DNA of 64,000 bases from Thermoproteota archaeon (GTDB taxonomy: Archaea; Asgardarchaeota; Njordarchaeia; Njordarchaeales; Panguiarchaeaceae), in the NCBI GenBank assembly GCA_024720975.1, contig JANJXX010000005.1, forward strand, positions 1 to 64,000, read 5' to 3'. This document shows, piece after piece, positions 19,986 through 30,164 of the stretch (positions are counted from its first letter, which is position 1; each line of letters opens with the position of its first letter). Made by a program: the position numbers and the translations under genes. A model generated the notes under the pieces. The model was not told the DNA's origin. It searched no databases and saw only the letters and a program-made list of their open reading frames with translations.

Positions 19986-20437
19986 GAAATCTCACCAATA
20001 GTTACAATACTGTATTTTAAGTTAAGCTCACGTAAAATTTTCTCGATATCCCTCACATTGCTAATCACAAACAGGTGGCTTTCGCAATTACAATCTGATG
20101 ATCCAAATCCCTCTACGAATTCTATACCTCTTGTAATCAGAGCCCTAGCTATTTTGCACTCCAACTTTTGGTTAGACACTATAAAATATACGGCCTTTAC
20201 TCTAGCGTGCTGTAAAAGATAGTCGATATGCCAGAAGATTTTCTTCTTGTTGTGCAGGTGTCTAGAAATTCTTGCGCGGAGTCCACTTTTACCAAGAGCT
20301 GATCCTACATAAAGGTAGTTACTATTGTTGAAAAAAACATTACCTAGACATCCCACCCGTAGAGTCATTGGGTGTGATACTTCTAACAACAGTAAATAAG
20401 TACCTGGCTTTTTAGGGATGTGCACAAGGCCGCCCAA
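19982..20437 (-). CDS. DUF123 / GIY-YIG (Uri) family endonuclease
   Basis: GTYLL, YVGSA, RISRH, WHIDYL, GFGSSDCNCESHL. Confidence 0.88.
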   Translation of the reverse strand: MGGLVHIPKKPGTYLLLLEVSHPMTLRVGCLGNVFFNNSNYLYVGSALGKSGLRARISRHLHNKKKIFWHIDYLLQHARVKAVYFIVSNQKLECKIARALITRGIEFVEGFGSSDCNCESHLFVISNVRDIEKILRELNLKYSIVTIGEIS

Positions 20438-20472
20438 ATCACGTATAGAGGAATTTTTTAGAGGCCGAGGAT

Positions 20473-21414
20473 TCAGAGTTTTTCACTGGTTAACACTGAT
20501 GCAAAAACGGCTTTAGTGGTATGAAGTCTGTTTTCTGCCTGGTCGAACACTATACTGTGCTTAGATTCAAATAAGTCATCACTTACTTCCTCCCCGCGAT
20601 GTCTCGGTAGGCAATGCATGAACTTAAAGTCAGGATGAGCAACCTTTACAAGCTCAAAGTTAACTTGGTATGGCCTAAATACTTTCAATCGTTGCTCTTT
20701 TTCTGCCTCTTGGCCCATCGAAACCCAGACATCAGTGTAGATCACATTAGCGTCTCGAAGTCCCTCCTTTGGATCGTCTGTGATTAGGAACTTAGCATTA
20801 TGTTCCTTAGCTAATCGGTCTAGAATCTCTTTGAACTCTTTCTTTGGCCAATATTCCTTAGGACCCACTAGCCTCATTTCCATACCTAACTTTAACACTC
20901 CTATGGACAGGCTACGCGCCACATTATTATTCACATCACCTACAAAGGCGATAATTAAGTTAGAAAAGTCGCCGAAATGCTCTTTTATGGTCATCAGATC
21001 AGCAAGTCCTTGAAGCGGATGCTCCAAATCACTAAGGGCATTAATAACAGGCGCTTTAGCGTACTTTGCTAGAGTCTCTAGTGTACTGTGGGAGTAAACC
21101 CTAGCGGCTATGATATCCACGTATCGGTCAAGTACACGGGCAAAATCCTCCAAAGGTTCACCACGAGCAAGTTGCGTTGTCCCCGCCTCTATGTACATAG
21201 GAGCTATGCCCAGATGATGGCAGGCAACCTCCATTGATACCCTCGTTCTAGTTGATGGTTTCTCGAATATCAGAGCAGCAGTCTTGCCTCGAATCCTAGT
21301 GAGTTTTTTGGTATTTACCTTTCCTCGTTTGAACCTGATCGCAAGATCGATTAGATAAGTAATTTCTTGCGGAGAGAAATCTGTAAGTGCTAAGAAATCC
21401 CTCCCAGTAATCAT
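20473..21414 (-). CDS. argF: Ornithine carbamoyltransferase
   Basis: STRTR, HPLQ, DVWVSMGQE, HCLP, QAENR. Confidence 0.95.
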   Translation of the reverse strand: MITGRDFLALTDFSPQEITYLIDLAIRFKRGKVNTKKLTRIRGKTAALIFEKPSTRTRVSMEVACHHLGIAPMYIEAGTTQLARGEPLEDFARVLDRYVDIIAARVYSHSTLETLAKYAKAPVINALSDLEHPLQGLADLMTIKEHFGDFSNLIIAFVGDVNNNVARSLSIGVLKLGMEMRLVGPKEYWPKKEFKEILDRLAKEHNAKFLITDDPKEGLRDANVIYTDVWVSMGQEAEKEQRLKVFRPYQVNFELVKVAHPDFKFMHCLPRHRGEEVSDDLFESKHSIVFDQAENRLHTTKAVFASVLTSEKL

Positions 21415-21480
21415 AGACTTTCACCAGATATTGCATCAACAAAGCTTCCTTTTTTATAGCAACTAAATGTATAAGGTTAT

Positions 21481-21846
21481 ATGTCTTTTGAAAATTTTTA
21501 TGAAGTAGCTAATAAGGCGAAAAGCATGCTCATAGAACTACTTAAAATTGATCAGTTTCTGACAAAACTCAAAAGAACTCACCCTAGCAATCACAAAGAG
21601 CGAGCGCCTATAATTAAGCAGATGACAACAGTAGTAGATAATTGGATAAGTCGAAATAATTTAGATTCCGAGGAAAACCTCTTTGCACTAGCACAGGCGC
21701 TGGAATATATAGATCAGCACGACCGGTATGCATATGAAGAAATGAGACAAATAACTAAATATCCAAAGATCTATGAGAGAGCAATTAATTATATGAAATG
21801 GGCGCAGTTACACAAAAGACTTGGTGGCAAACTACCTGTAGAGTGA
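21481..21846 (+). CDS. Hypothetical protein
   Basis: 121-aa ORF divergent from argF, first gene of a co-oriented run. Confidence 0.6.
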   Translation: MSFENFYEVANKAKSMLIELLKIDQFLTKLKRTHPSNHKERAPIIKQMTTVVDNWISRNNLDSEENLFALAQALEYIDQHDRYAYEEMRQITKYPKIYERAINYMKWAQLHKRLGGKLPVE

Positions 21847-21852
21847 CAGATC

Positions 21853-22875
21853 ATGAGCAGTGAGCTTGAGTACTATGGCTTTCGAGATCTTGTAAACTTG
21901 CGAGATAAATTAGCGACCCTAGAAGTGCTTGAAAATGCCATCAAGAGCAATAGATACGATAGAACCTCATTGCAAAAATATTTTGGCTTAGCAGAAAGTC
22001 ACATAGAATTCATATTCTCTCTTTTTCCAGAACTTAAAACGAATCAAAAACCTCCACATAACAAACTTTTAGAGACATATAGACAGTACAAAGCCGAGTA
22101 TCGACGCATCCAAGCAAAGATGCTCCAGGGAATGGAACTTTGGATCTTTCCAAAGTTTCGGTCGCTAGTCGGAGCCGTTTGTAAGGGAATGTTTGAAGGG
22201 CGCCCCATCAGTGACATTATAGATAGCTTAGTTGTAATACTGGTTCCCTCCATCGAGAATAATATACTGCTTCTTCACATGTTTAGTGGCGAGAAATGCG
22301 TGGGAATATTTGGTTTGGGCAGTTATATAGTTAAATTTACCCCGGAGGTAGCAAAGGAGCCGACGATATTCTTACTGCCTATTGATGCTATTATCATGGA
22401 CCTGAACTTTTATGAGCTCGCTCTAAACAGTCCCAAGAAACTGTCTATCCCGAAATACAGCGACTTTGTAAGGGAGCACGTAATAAGAGTACCACTGGCA
22501 CAAGTGGCCGAAAGTGACTTTGTCCTGAGACTATTCGCTCCAGTAATGCGTGATATATCGGAATATCTACTAAGTTACCTTAAAGTGATAGGAAGTCTTC
22601 CAAAAGGCCAAACACTCGATGACGTACAAATTCTTAGCGCCTGGCGAGGTGCTATGAACAAGATACTGGTGACTCGAGAAAAGTTTGATAGGATCTTAGA
22701 AGAAGTCAAGAAAGGCATTCCAGGACTGATGGGTTATGAGGGCATACTAGATAAACTCGATGAGTTACCACTCGTTAAAGCTGAATTTGCCCATATAAGC
22801 TCAAAGTGGATTGCGTGGGCTAGATTTGTGGTTGCAGGATATGATTTAATAGAATCGTTGGCTAAGCTTAGGTGA
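21853..22875 (+). CDS. Hypothetical protein
   Basis: 340-aa ORF, no motif recognised. Confidence 0.7.
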   Translation: MSSELEYYGFRDLVNLRDKLATLEVLENAIKSNRYDRTSLQKYFGLAESHIEFIFSLFPELKTNQKPPHNKLLETYRQYKAEYRRIQAKMLQGMELWIFPKFRSLVGAVCKGMFEGRPISDIIDSLVVILVPSIENNILLLHMFSGEKCVGIFGLGSYIVKFTPEVAKEPTIFLLPIDAIIMDLNFYELALNSPKKLSIPKYSDFVREHVIRVPLAQVAESDFVLRLFAPVMRDISEYLLSYLKVIGSLPKGQTLDDVQILSAWRGAMNKILVTREKFDRILEEVKKGIPGLMGYEGILDKLDELPLVKAEFAHISSKWIAWARFVVAGYDLIESLAKLR

Positions 22876-22880
22876 GTTAT

Positions 22881-23030
22881 GTGAGTCTGAAGTTAAAGTC
22901 TGCTAGATTGATCCTTTTTCTAATTGGAACTATTTGTCTAGCCGTAGCAATCTATGTAGGACAAGCAGAAGTTGTAAAGGAGTTATTATCGCAATTCTTA
23001 AAGGAGGAGCTAGCTGGCTATGTGTCCTAG
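22881..23030 (+). CDS. Small single-TM protein upstream of 4Fe-4S membrane protein
   Basis: Below ORF-track cutoff: GTG-start MSLKLKSARLILFLIGTICLAVAIYVGQAEVVKELLSQFLKEELAGYVS, GGTGAG SD, fills the gap exactly. Confidence 0.65.
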   Translation: MSLKLKSARLILFLIGTICLAVAIYVGQAEVVKELLSQFLKEELAGYVS

Positions 23031-23033
23031 TAG

Positions 23034-23939
23034 GTGTTGCTAATGGCGGAATCTAAAAAGAGAATTCTCGAACGATATTGTGCTACAATAGCACGTAAGT
23101 TTACGCAAATACTAGTATTCATAGTGATCTTTGGTGGTATATTTGGTTTTGCAGCTACAAGTATTGTTCTTCCAATAAGGGTAGGTCTAAGTAATCCGTA
23201 CGTCATTATAGCCGATGCTTGGATGCTCATGGAAATTATGCTCACTAGAGCTATAGTGCCTCTACTGGCGTTAGCAAGCATAGCGCTATTCTCACTATTC
23301 ATCGGGCGAGCTGCATGTGGCTGGCTGTGTCCCTTTGGGTTAATCAATGACGTCATTGGTGCCATAGGTAAAAGGAAAAAACTATCTCCTAATGTGGTAT
23401 TATCCCTCTGGAAATTTGCCCTATTTCTAGCTGGACTGTTTATCTTTATAGATGTGTCAATTTACTATAATGAAGTCATCAATCGAAGCATTAAGGGATA
23501 TTTTGGCGCATTTTATGGCGCGCCTTCGACGTTTATAGACCCCGTAACTCCGATGTTCTCACTATTATTTTGGATGACGTACAATGATAAATGGCCATCA
23601 AACATGAGCGGTTGGTTTAGTTTACCGGCGGAATTCTACTGGAGAATCTTCATTATGATCGCGGTGATAATAGCTTGCTATTACTTCCCGCGCCTCTACT
23701 GTAAAGCATTATGCCCACTTGGTGCAGTGATGGGCCTAGCTTCTCAGTACTCACTCTCATTCCTGAGCATAAGTAAAGGACTATGCAACGAATGCAAACT
23801 ATGTGAGCGTGTTTGTCCTATGGATGTACCAATATTAGACTTTCTAGAGAGTGGTGAAATTAGACATCCCCAGTGCATATTATGTCTTAAGTGCGTTGAA
23901 GCTTGTCCAAAAAGAGCTCTAACACTGAAATTCGGGTGA
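23034..23939 (+). CDS. NapH/MauN-like membrane polyferredoxin
   Basis: GRAACGWLCPFG, RLYCKALCPLG, two CxxCxxCxxxCP motifs. Confidence 0.9.
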   Translation: MLLMAESKKRILERYCATIARKFTQILVFIVIFGGIFGFAATSIVLPIRVGLSNPYVIIADAWMLMEIMLTRAIVPLLALASIALFSLFIGRAACGWLCPFGLINDVIGAIGKRKKLSPNVVLSLWKFALFLAGLFIFIDVSIYYNEVINRSIKGYFGAFYGAPSTFIDPVTPMFSLLFWMTYNDKWPSNMSGWFSLPAEFYWRIFIMIAVIIACYYFPRLYCKALCPLGAVMGLASQYSLSFLSISKGLCNECKLCERVCPMDVPILDFLESGEIRHPQCILCLKCVEACPKRALTLKFG

Positions 23940-23967
23940 TTTCCCTAGAGATTCAGAGGGTTCCATC

Positions 23968-24330
23968 ATGTTACAAAATCAAGAAAAGACTTCCGATAAT
24001 GAAACTCTGAAGCCAGCTTCAGAATTGATTAAGGAAATCTTAGCCGAGGTCGCTAAAAAGGACCCAAGCATAAAGCTCATAGCAGTTGTTGATGATAGCG
24101 GCCTCGTCGTTGGCGCATATCCAATGAGAGGAGATCAAATAGAAATCATTGAGAACATAGGCGGTGTGATCTCCGAAGTTTATAGGTGTGCGTTAGAAAC
24201 TTTGAAAGATAAATCAGTAGAGTTCGCAGAAAAAGTGAGTGCGATTGTAATCGGACTTGGAAAACATAAAGTAGAGTTTCACAAACACATGAATTATGCT
24301 GTTATCATCTTTAAATCCATAATGGAATAG
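23968..24330 (+). CDS. Roadblock/LAMTOR-like domain protein
   Basis: IKLIAVVDDSGLVVGA strand-turn motif followed by helix and beta-meander. Confidence 0.6.
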   Translation: MLQNQEKTSDNETLKPASELIKEILAEVAKKDPSIKLIAVVDDSGLVVGAYPMRGDQIEIIENIGGVISEVYRCALETLKDKSVEFAEKVSAIVIGLGKHKVEFHKHMNYAVIIFKSIME

Positions 24331-24357
24331 AGCATAGGAAGTATATGGTGGCTTGAT

Positions 24358-24759
24358 ATGGATATACCAATGCTTCCAATAGGATCAGAGCTCTCCAGAA
24401 AGTATATAGTAACGTCTGAGCATACAGCAAAATTCCTGGGTTCAGGAGACGTGGAGGTACTATCAACGCCCTCAATGATAGCCTTCATGGAAAATACTGC
24501 GCGGGAAATCTCACAGATGTATCTTCCAGAAAACTTAACTACGGTCGGGATTAAAGTAGACGTAAGACATCTTAATCCAGCACCAAAGGGTGCCGAAATT
24601 ACTGTCTCTGCTAAACTAATACAACAAGATCGAAGAAAGCTAGTGTTCGAAGTTAAAGCATTCTGGAAAGATGAATTAATTGGAGAAGGATTACACGAAA
24701 GGTTTATAGTCGATAGGGATAAATTCCTTTCTAAGATTAAGGACAAACTCAGTAGGTGA
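24358..24759 (+). CDS. Hotdog-fold thioesterase (FlK-like)
   Basis: GSG..VLSTPSMIAFME, TTVG, HLNPAP, GLHERF. Confidence 0.9.
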   Translation: MDIPMLPIGSELSRKYIVTSEHTAKFLGSGDVEVLSTPSMIAFMENTAREISQMYLPENLTTVGIKVDVRHLNPAPKGAEITVSAKLIQQDRRKLVFEVKAFWKDELIGEGLHERFIVDRDKFLSKIKDKLSR

Positions 24760-24763
24760 TCCC

Positions 24764-25201
24764 ATGCTTATAGTGCTAACTAAGGAGGTTATAAGTAGGA
24801 TCCAGCTAGGTGCCGAAAGAGCAGTAGAATTTCTCAAAAAGTATAGTACACAAGTAGGTGAAATTGCAAAAAATTTGGAGTTCTCTTACGCATATTTATA
24901 CTGCCTCTTAGTACTTTCGCAAGCGATACTAACCATGGCCAACTATCTAATCGTAAAACTGGGCTTAAAGATACCCAGAAGCTTCCGAGAAGCGCTGGAG
25001 ATCTTAATTGATGAGGATGTAATCCCGAAGGACTTTGAGCCTCAGGCGAAAGCAATTATTGAAATCAGAGATATGATATTGCATTACTGGAATGAAAGCG
25101 CGCATGATGTTATTTATAGCATAACTAAGGATTTTTCATCTATTGAAGAAATATACAATCTCGTGAAGAATCAAGTCAATAAGGTACTTGAGAAAGAGTA
25201 G
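24764..25201 (+). CDS. HEPN/DUF86 (HepT-like) protein, stand-alone
   Basis: PRSFREALEILIDEDVI and RDMILH (RxxxxH). Confidence 0.75.
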   Translation: MLIVLTKEVISRIQLGAERAVEFLKKYSTQVGEIAKNLEFSYAYLYCLLVLSQAILTMANYLIVKLGLKIPRSFREALEILIDEDVIPKDFEPQAKAIIEIRDMILHYWNESAHDVIYSITKDFSSIEEIYNLVKNQVNKVLEKE

Positions 25202-25209
25202 CTTGCAGC

Positions 25210-25920
25210 TTGCGTGAGTTTGTGACAGACGTAATAAATGATGTGATTGAGTTAATTGAGAGTAAGAAGAGAATTTTGATATGCTCAGAGCCTAACATTG
25301 CTACATACATTACTCTGAAAGCTCTAAAAGAAAAACCGGATGTGGATAGCAAAGCTATAATATTCAAATTCTCAGGTTGGACGAAACCTAAAGCCTTAGA
25401 AAATATCATAATGCTTTGTAACAGGTTCAAAGTTGACTACTACATCTTTGAGGCAGAAGATATTGTAGCATTGATTCTTCACAGACTCAAACCATATGTA
25501 AAGTCAGGCACAATGCTCCTAAATGCTTGCAGATATGCTGTCAGGAGTTTGATCCTAATGGAGTTTGCATTAATCGACGATAGAGTACCCATAATAGCCA
25601 AGAGTCTAACAGATTTAGTAGTTAATCCAGAACCGAGGTTCGACAGTTTGAGCTATCCGTTAGTGCGGTACACTGACACATTTCTTGCGAGTCAATTAGA
25701 CGATGAGAATGTTGTGAGAGACCTCTCCAAGAAAGCCTGTGAGTTAGGAGAATTTGAGTACCTAGAAGTAGATAGGAGACTCAATAATCTTAAAAGCAGG
25801 ATTTTAGCATGCAAACACGGAGAACTTTTTGTTCAACCTAAAAATCTAGATGAGTTATTAGATAGGAATATCTGTGTTTTAAAACACCTAGGGTGGAATC
25901 TTTGGAAATATACACAATAA
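25210..25920 (+). CDS. Hypothetical, possibly degenerate NadE/PP-loop-like protein
   Basis: Weak resemblance to the NAD synthetase layout; no SGGxDS motif. Confidence 0.35.
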   Translation: MREFVTDVINDVIELIESKKRILICSEPNIATYITLKALKEKPDVDSKAIIFKFSGWTKPKALENIIMLCNRFKVDYYIFEAEDIVALILHRLKPYVKSGTMLLNACRYAVRSLILMEFALIDDRVPIIAKSLTDLVVNPEPRFDSLSYPLVRYTDTFLASQLDDENVVRDLSKKACELGEFEYLEVDRRLNNLKSRILACKHGELFVQPKNLDELLDRNICVLKHLGWNLWKYTQ

Positions 25921-26510
25921 AGACTGGGATCCTGAGAACGAATACGTATGTCGTTGTCTCAAAGGGGGAAGCAGTTATTTTGGATCCTGGAGGTGAAGTT
26001 AATAAAATCCTAGAGCTAGCAAAAAATCTTAGGGTACGAAGCATAATAGCAACCCACGGTCACTTTGATCATGTGTTGGGTGTACCAGATCTTAAGAGAA
26101 CAACAGGCGCAGAATTTCTCATTCATGCGGATGATCAAGACATACTAGAAGCCTCCTGGAACTTATATGGTTCAGGTGAGGTACCCAAGCCAGATAGATA
26201 CCTACAAGAGGGTGATATTATAAGGTTCGGTGATGCTGAGCTTCGCATTTTGCACACGCCGGGGCATACTCCAGGAAGCATTAGCCTTTTTGATGTTAGT
26301 GCTGGGGTTATATTTACTGGTGATACACTCTTTCGCGGAGCAATTGGCAGAACAGATTTTCTTGGAGGCGATCCAAAGAAAATCCTGGAGTCTGTTAAGA
26401 GAATTTTGGAATTTCCAGAAAGCTTTAAAGTTTATCCTGGACACGGTCAATTAACAACAATTCATGATGAGCGTAAAAACCTCAGCTCGCTTCTTAAGAT
26501 GACTTTTTAA
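25893..26510 (+). CDS. MBL-fold hydrolase (glyoxalase II-like)
   Basis: THGHFDH, HTPGHTPGS, TGDTLF, PGHG. Confidence 0.92.
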   Translation: MESLEIYTIKTGILRTNTYVVVSKGEAVILDPGGEVNKILELAKNLRVRSIIATHGHFDHVLGVPDLKRTTGAEFLIHADDQDILEASWNLYGSGEVPKPDRYLQEGDIIRFGDAELRILHTPGHTPGSISLFDVSAGVIFTGDTLFRGAIGRTDFLGGDPKKILESVKRILEFPESFKVYPGHGQLTTIHDERKNLSSLLKMTF

Positions 26511-26578
26511 TTTTGACAAATCAGGTAGCAATTTCTTCAAGACACATAAATTGCCAGCAGTATTCCTGGTGTGAATTT

Positions 26579-26986
26579 TTGCATGAATGGGCACTTGCAG
26601 AATCTATCATTATGGCTGTCGTTGATTTGGCTAAGCGCGAAAATGCTAAAGAAATCCTCGAGGTAGAACTTTTAGTTGGAGAACTTCAGACACTAAACAT
26701 TGAGGTACTTGAATTTGCTCTAAATGAACTGAAAAGGGGAACAATGGCTGAGAACGCAAAAATAAAGTTCTCCAAGCAGTTTCCTAGATTTAAGTGTATT
26801 GCATGCGGAAATGTATGGGAGATAAGAAATTTAGAGAATATTCTCTCGAGAGATGAAATAGAGTCTATACACTTTATCCCAGAGCTCAGCCATGTCTTTA
26901 TAAAATGTCCCAGATGCGGCAGTAATGATTTTCAAGTGACTGAAGGTAGAGGCATAATACTCAAGGGGGTGGTTCTGAAAAAATGA
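26579..26986 (+). CDS. hypA: Hydrogenase nickel incorporation protein HypA
   Basis: TTG start gives MHEWALA; CIAC...CPRCGS...GRG. Confidence 0.92.
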   Translation: MHEWALAESIIMAVVDLAKRENAKEILEVELLVGELQTLNIEVLEFALNELKRGTMAENAKIKFSKQFPRFKCIACGNVWEIRNLENILSRDEIESIHFIPELSHVFIKCPRCGSNDFQVTEGRGIILKGVVLKK

Positions 26987-27723
26987 TGCCCGACATCAGA
27001 TTATACAGACTAAAAAAGACTATGGACAAAGTAAAAAATATAATAAGTGTCGCTTCTGGAAAAGGTGGCGTTGGTAAGACAACAATTTCCACTGTATTAA
27101 GCCTAATTCTAAGTGAGAGAGGATATATCACCGGGCTCCTTGACTTAGATTTTCATGGCCCGTCCTGCCATACTATCCTAGGAATAGACAAAATGGAATA
27201 CGAAGAAGAAAAGGGAATAAATCCGTACAAGGCAGCGGAAAATTTATACTTTGCATCAATATACCCATTTGTTAAGAATGGCTACGTACCACTTCGGGGA
27301 ATGGAGCTTTCAAATGCACTTATAGAATTTCTATCAATCCTCAACTGGAAAGAGCTGGATTGCCTTATAATTGATATGCCACCTGGGATGGGAGACGTAC
27401 TTTTAGATTTTATACGTCTTGTCCCCTCTCCGAAGTTTTTGATAGTTGCAACGAACTCTGCACTTGTGATCCAGACCGTTAGAAGACTTATAAAGTTTAT
27501 GATTGAAGGCAATTTCAATATACTTGGAATTGTAGCCAACATGATAAGAAACGACGACGCGCTCGTAAGGGAATTAGCAAAGGAATTCTCCATCAAATTC
27601 TTAGGTAGCGTTCCTTTTGATCAATACTTCGAGAAAGTCTTAGGCAATATGCAGGAAATTCTCAGAACAAATCTCGCAGCAGCTCTTAGTGATATTGTAG
27701 AGCAATACATTAAGTTAAAATGA
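26983..27723 (+). CDS. Mrp/NBP35 family ATPase
   Basis: SGKGGVGKT, DLDFHGPS, IDMPPG; coupled to hypA. Confidence 0.9.
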   Translation: MMPDIRLYRLKKTMDKVKNIISVASGKGGVGKTTISTVLSLILSERGYITGLLDLDFHGPSCHTILGIDKMEYEEEKGINPYKAAENLYFASIYPFVKNGYVPLRGMELSNALIEFLSILNWKELDCLIIDMPPGMGDVLLDFIRLVPSPKFLIVATNSALVIQTVRRLIKFMIEGNFNILGIVANMIRNDDALVRELAKEFSIKFLGSVPFDQYFEKVLGNMQEILRTNLAAALSDIVEQYIKLK

Positions 27724-27800
27724 CACAGCTTTGACTCTTCATTATGCTTAGTATTATTTTCAGAGTTCATAATCGCGTGAAATTCAATAGATGACATTTC

Positions 27801-28943
27801 ATGAGAAGAGTAAGTACTTTCGAATTAAGACTTCATGAAGGTAAAGCACCACCTTGGTTAATAACTAGAATGGAAAAGGTTGCTAAACCTATTCTGGAGC
27901 TCCTAGTTATTAACTTTGGAACCACTGAACTGTTGAGGCGTCTTGCGGATCCCCTGTGGTTTCAAGCACTAAGTTATGTATTAGGGTATGATTGGGATTC
28001 TTCTGGAGTAACCACAGTAACAATTGGAGTACTAAAGGGAATTTGTACACCAGACTTGGGCCTAATGATAGCAGGCGGGAAAGGCAGGAGAAGCCTTAGA
28101 ACTCCAGAGGAAATAGTAAAAATAGCCCAGACATTTGGTTTCTCTGAGAGCAAAACGGCCTCATTGATACGCGCCTCGCGTCTAGCTGCGAAGGTAGACA
28201 ACGCTGTTCTCCAAGATGAGCATAAACTTTACCATCACGCAATGCTAATAGATAAGAACGGCAATTGGGCCGTAATACAGCAAGGCATGTGTCCCGCTAG
28301 AAAAACCGCTAGGAGGTATCATTGGACTTCACTATCTCTGAAAAGCTTTGTCATCGATCCCCACGAAATTATAGGAGACGTACGACTTCCTATAGTTTTA
28401 AACATGGCCTCTAGTGAATCAATCAATGCTCAAAAAGTATCCCTCGACCTCGTGAAGGATGGCATTGAAAGTTTAAAGAAGGACTACAGCAAGCTTATGA
28501 GGTTAGCTAAACGCTTGGCACCACTAGACAAGTTCCTGACGAATACGCCAGACAACATTAGCCTTCCAGGTGAGTTAAGGATAAAGCTAATACCAATGCG
28601 TTTAAATTGGGAAGCTCTCAATAAGGCTTACGAAATACAACCAAGCAGTTATGAGGAGTTAGTAGAGATAAAGGGTCTCGGACCTGGAACTATCAGAGCT
28701 TTAGCTCTTATTGCGGAACTTATATATGATGCCAAGGTTTGTTGGAAAGACCCAATACGTTATACATTCGCTCATGGTGGAAAGGATGGAGTGCCCTACC
28801 AAGTTAATGTGAAGCGCATGGAAGAAGTTGCTGAATTCCTGGAGAGCATAATTGAGGACCTGAGTATCGGAAAGAGGGAGAAGTTGGAGATGCTCAATAG
28901 ACTCTCAAGGCTTGTTCCTAGAGACGCTAGTAAGTCAGTCTAA
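27801..28943 (+). CDS. DUF763 family protein
   Basis: LHEGKAPPWL, DWDSSG, SRLAAKVD, QQGM, AHGGKDG. Confidence 0.9.
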   Translation: MRRVSTFELRLHEGKAPPWLITRMEKVAKPILELLVINFGTTELLRRLADPLWFQALSYVLGYDWDSSGVTTVTIGVLKGICTPDLGLMIAGGKGRRSLRTPEEIVKIAQTFGFSESKTASLIRASRLAAKVDNAVLQDEHKLYHHAMLIDKNGNWAVIQQGMCPARKTARRYHWTSLSLKSFVIDPHEIIGDVRLPIVLNMASSESINAQKVSLDLVKDGIESLKKDYSKLMRLAKRLAPLDKFLTNTPDNISLPGELRIKLIPMRLNWEALNKAYEIQPSSYEELVEIKGLGPGTIRALALIAELIYDAKVCWKDPIRYTFAHGGKDGVPYQVNVKRMEEVAEFLESIIEDLSIGKREKLEMLNRLSRLVPRDASKSV

Positions 28944-29020
28944 AAAGAAACATGTTTCTTTTAGTAGATAATTCATACGTATTATTTAGTTTAGCTACTT
29001 GAGCTATTCGCGGATTAGTC

Positions 29021-29674
29021 TTGGTGAGTTATTTGAGCTTCATACCAACGACAGTAGGTAAAAAAGTCTATTCAAGTGACGGAGTACTTCTAGGTGAGGT
29101 TACTCGCGTTTATATGTCCGAATTTGGTGTACACATGGCAGAGATAAAGACAGCTTTCGAGGAATTTCCTAAGCTCGAAGTTGTGGTTACGCAACTCAGA
29201 CCAACAAAGGTAAAACTAGGAGCAGTAGAAGAGGACGCATACGTACTTAGAGAGCTTCCCATCAAGTTACAAATGTTAATAATCGAAAAACTCGGACTAG
29301 AGAAAGCTAGGGCGCCTGTCCTGCCTAAACCAGTAGGTCCATATTCTCTGTACACGCGAGCCGGAAACTTTCTCTTCGTCTCTGGTCAGTTACCTGTTGA
29401 TCCCGTATCAGGTTTCATCGTTAGCGGGGGAATAAAAGAACAAACAGCCCAATGTCTGGAGAATATCAAAGCTATACTAGAGATGGCGGGATACACTCTG
29501 AGCAATGTTGTTATGGTGTTTGTATACCTAACGGACCTATCAAAGTTTAACGAATTTAATGAAGTATACGCTTCGTACTTTTCTTCAATAAAGCCTGCAC
29601 GTGTGACCGTCGGCGTATCTCATCTTCCTCAGAATGCACTTGTGGAAATTTCAGTTATAGCGTATAAAGAGTAA
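29021..29674 (+). CDS. PRC-barrel-like domain fused to RidA/YjgF enamine deaminase
   Basis: [16 protein letters not shown] (PRC); PVGPYS, FVSGQLP, PARVTV, LVEI (RidA). Confidence 0.8.
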   Translation: MVSYLSFIPTTVGKKVYSSDGVLLGEVTRVYMSEFGVHMAEIKTAFEEFPKLEVVVTQLRPTKVKLGAVEEDAYVLRELPIKLQMLIIEKLGLEKARAPVLPKPVGPYSLYTRAGNFLFVSGQLPVDPVSGFIVSGGIKEQTAQCLENIKAILEMAGYTLSNVVMVFVYLTDLSKFNEFNEVYASYFSSIKPARVTVGVSHLPQNALVEISVIAYKE

Positions 29675-29684
29675 GGGAGATAGC

Positions 29685-30164
29685 TTGGAAAAGAATGAGA
29701 GTCTAAAAGTTAAAAAGATAGAACAGGGCACGGTAATAGACCACATCCCTAAGGGACGTAGTTTAATAGTTCTGAAGATCCTGGGAATCACGGGAAATGA
29801 GGAAAATACAATTGCTGTCCTTATCAATGTGGAATCCCAAAAGCTGGGTCGTAAGGATATAGTCAAAATCGAGAATAGAGAATTAACAGAAGATGAAGTT
29901 AATTTGATAGCACTCGTAGCACCAACAGCTACAATAAACATAATAAGGGAATGCCGAGTCATAAAGAAATATAAAGTCGCATTGCCTAGTGTGATAAGAC
30001 GCATTCTAAGCTGCACAAATCCAACTTGTATAACAAACGCAGAAAAAAATGTGGAGACAGTATTCGAGGTATTAAGCACTGATCCAGTCAAACTGCGTTG
30101 TACCTATTGTTGGTCATACCTGACGCTTAGTGATATATTATCGCAGCTAGTGGAAGCTCGATGA
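29685..30164 (+). CDS. pyrI: Aspartate carbamoyltransferase regulatory chain
   Basis: GTVIDHI, KDIVKIE, CTNPTCIT, CTYC. Confidence 0.95.
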   Translation: MEKNESLKVKKIEQGTVIDHIPKGRSLIVLKILGITGNEENTIAVLINVESQKLGRKDIVKIENRELTEDEVNLIALVAPTATINIIRECRVIKKYKVALPSVIRRILSCTNPTCITNAEKNVETVFEVLSTDPVKLRCTYCWSYLTLSDILSQLVEAR

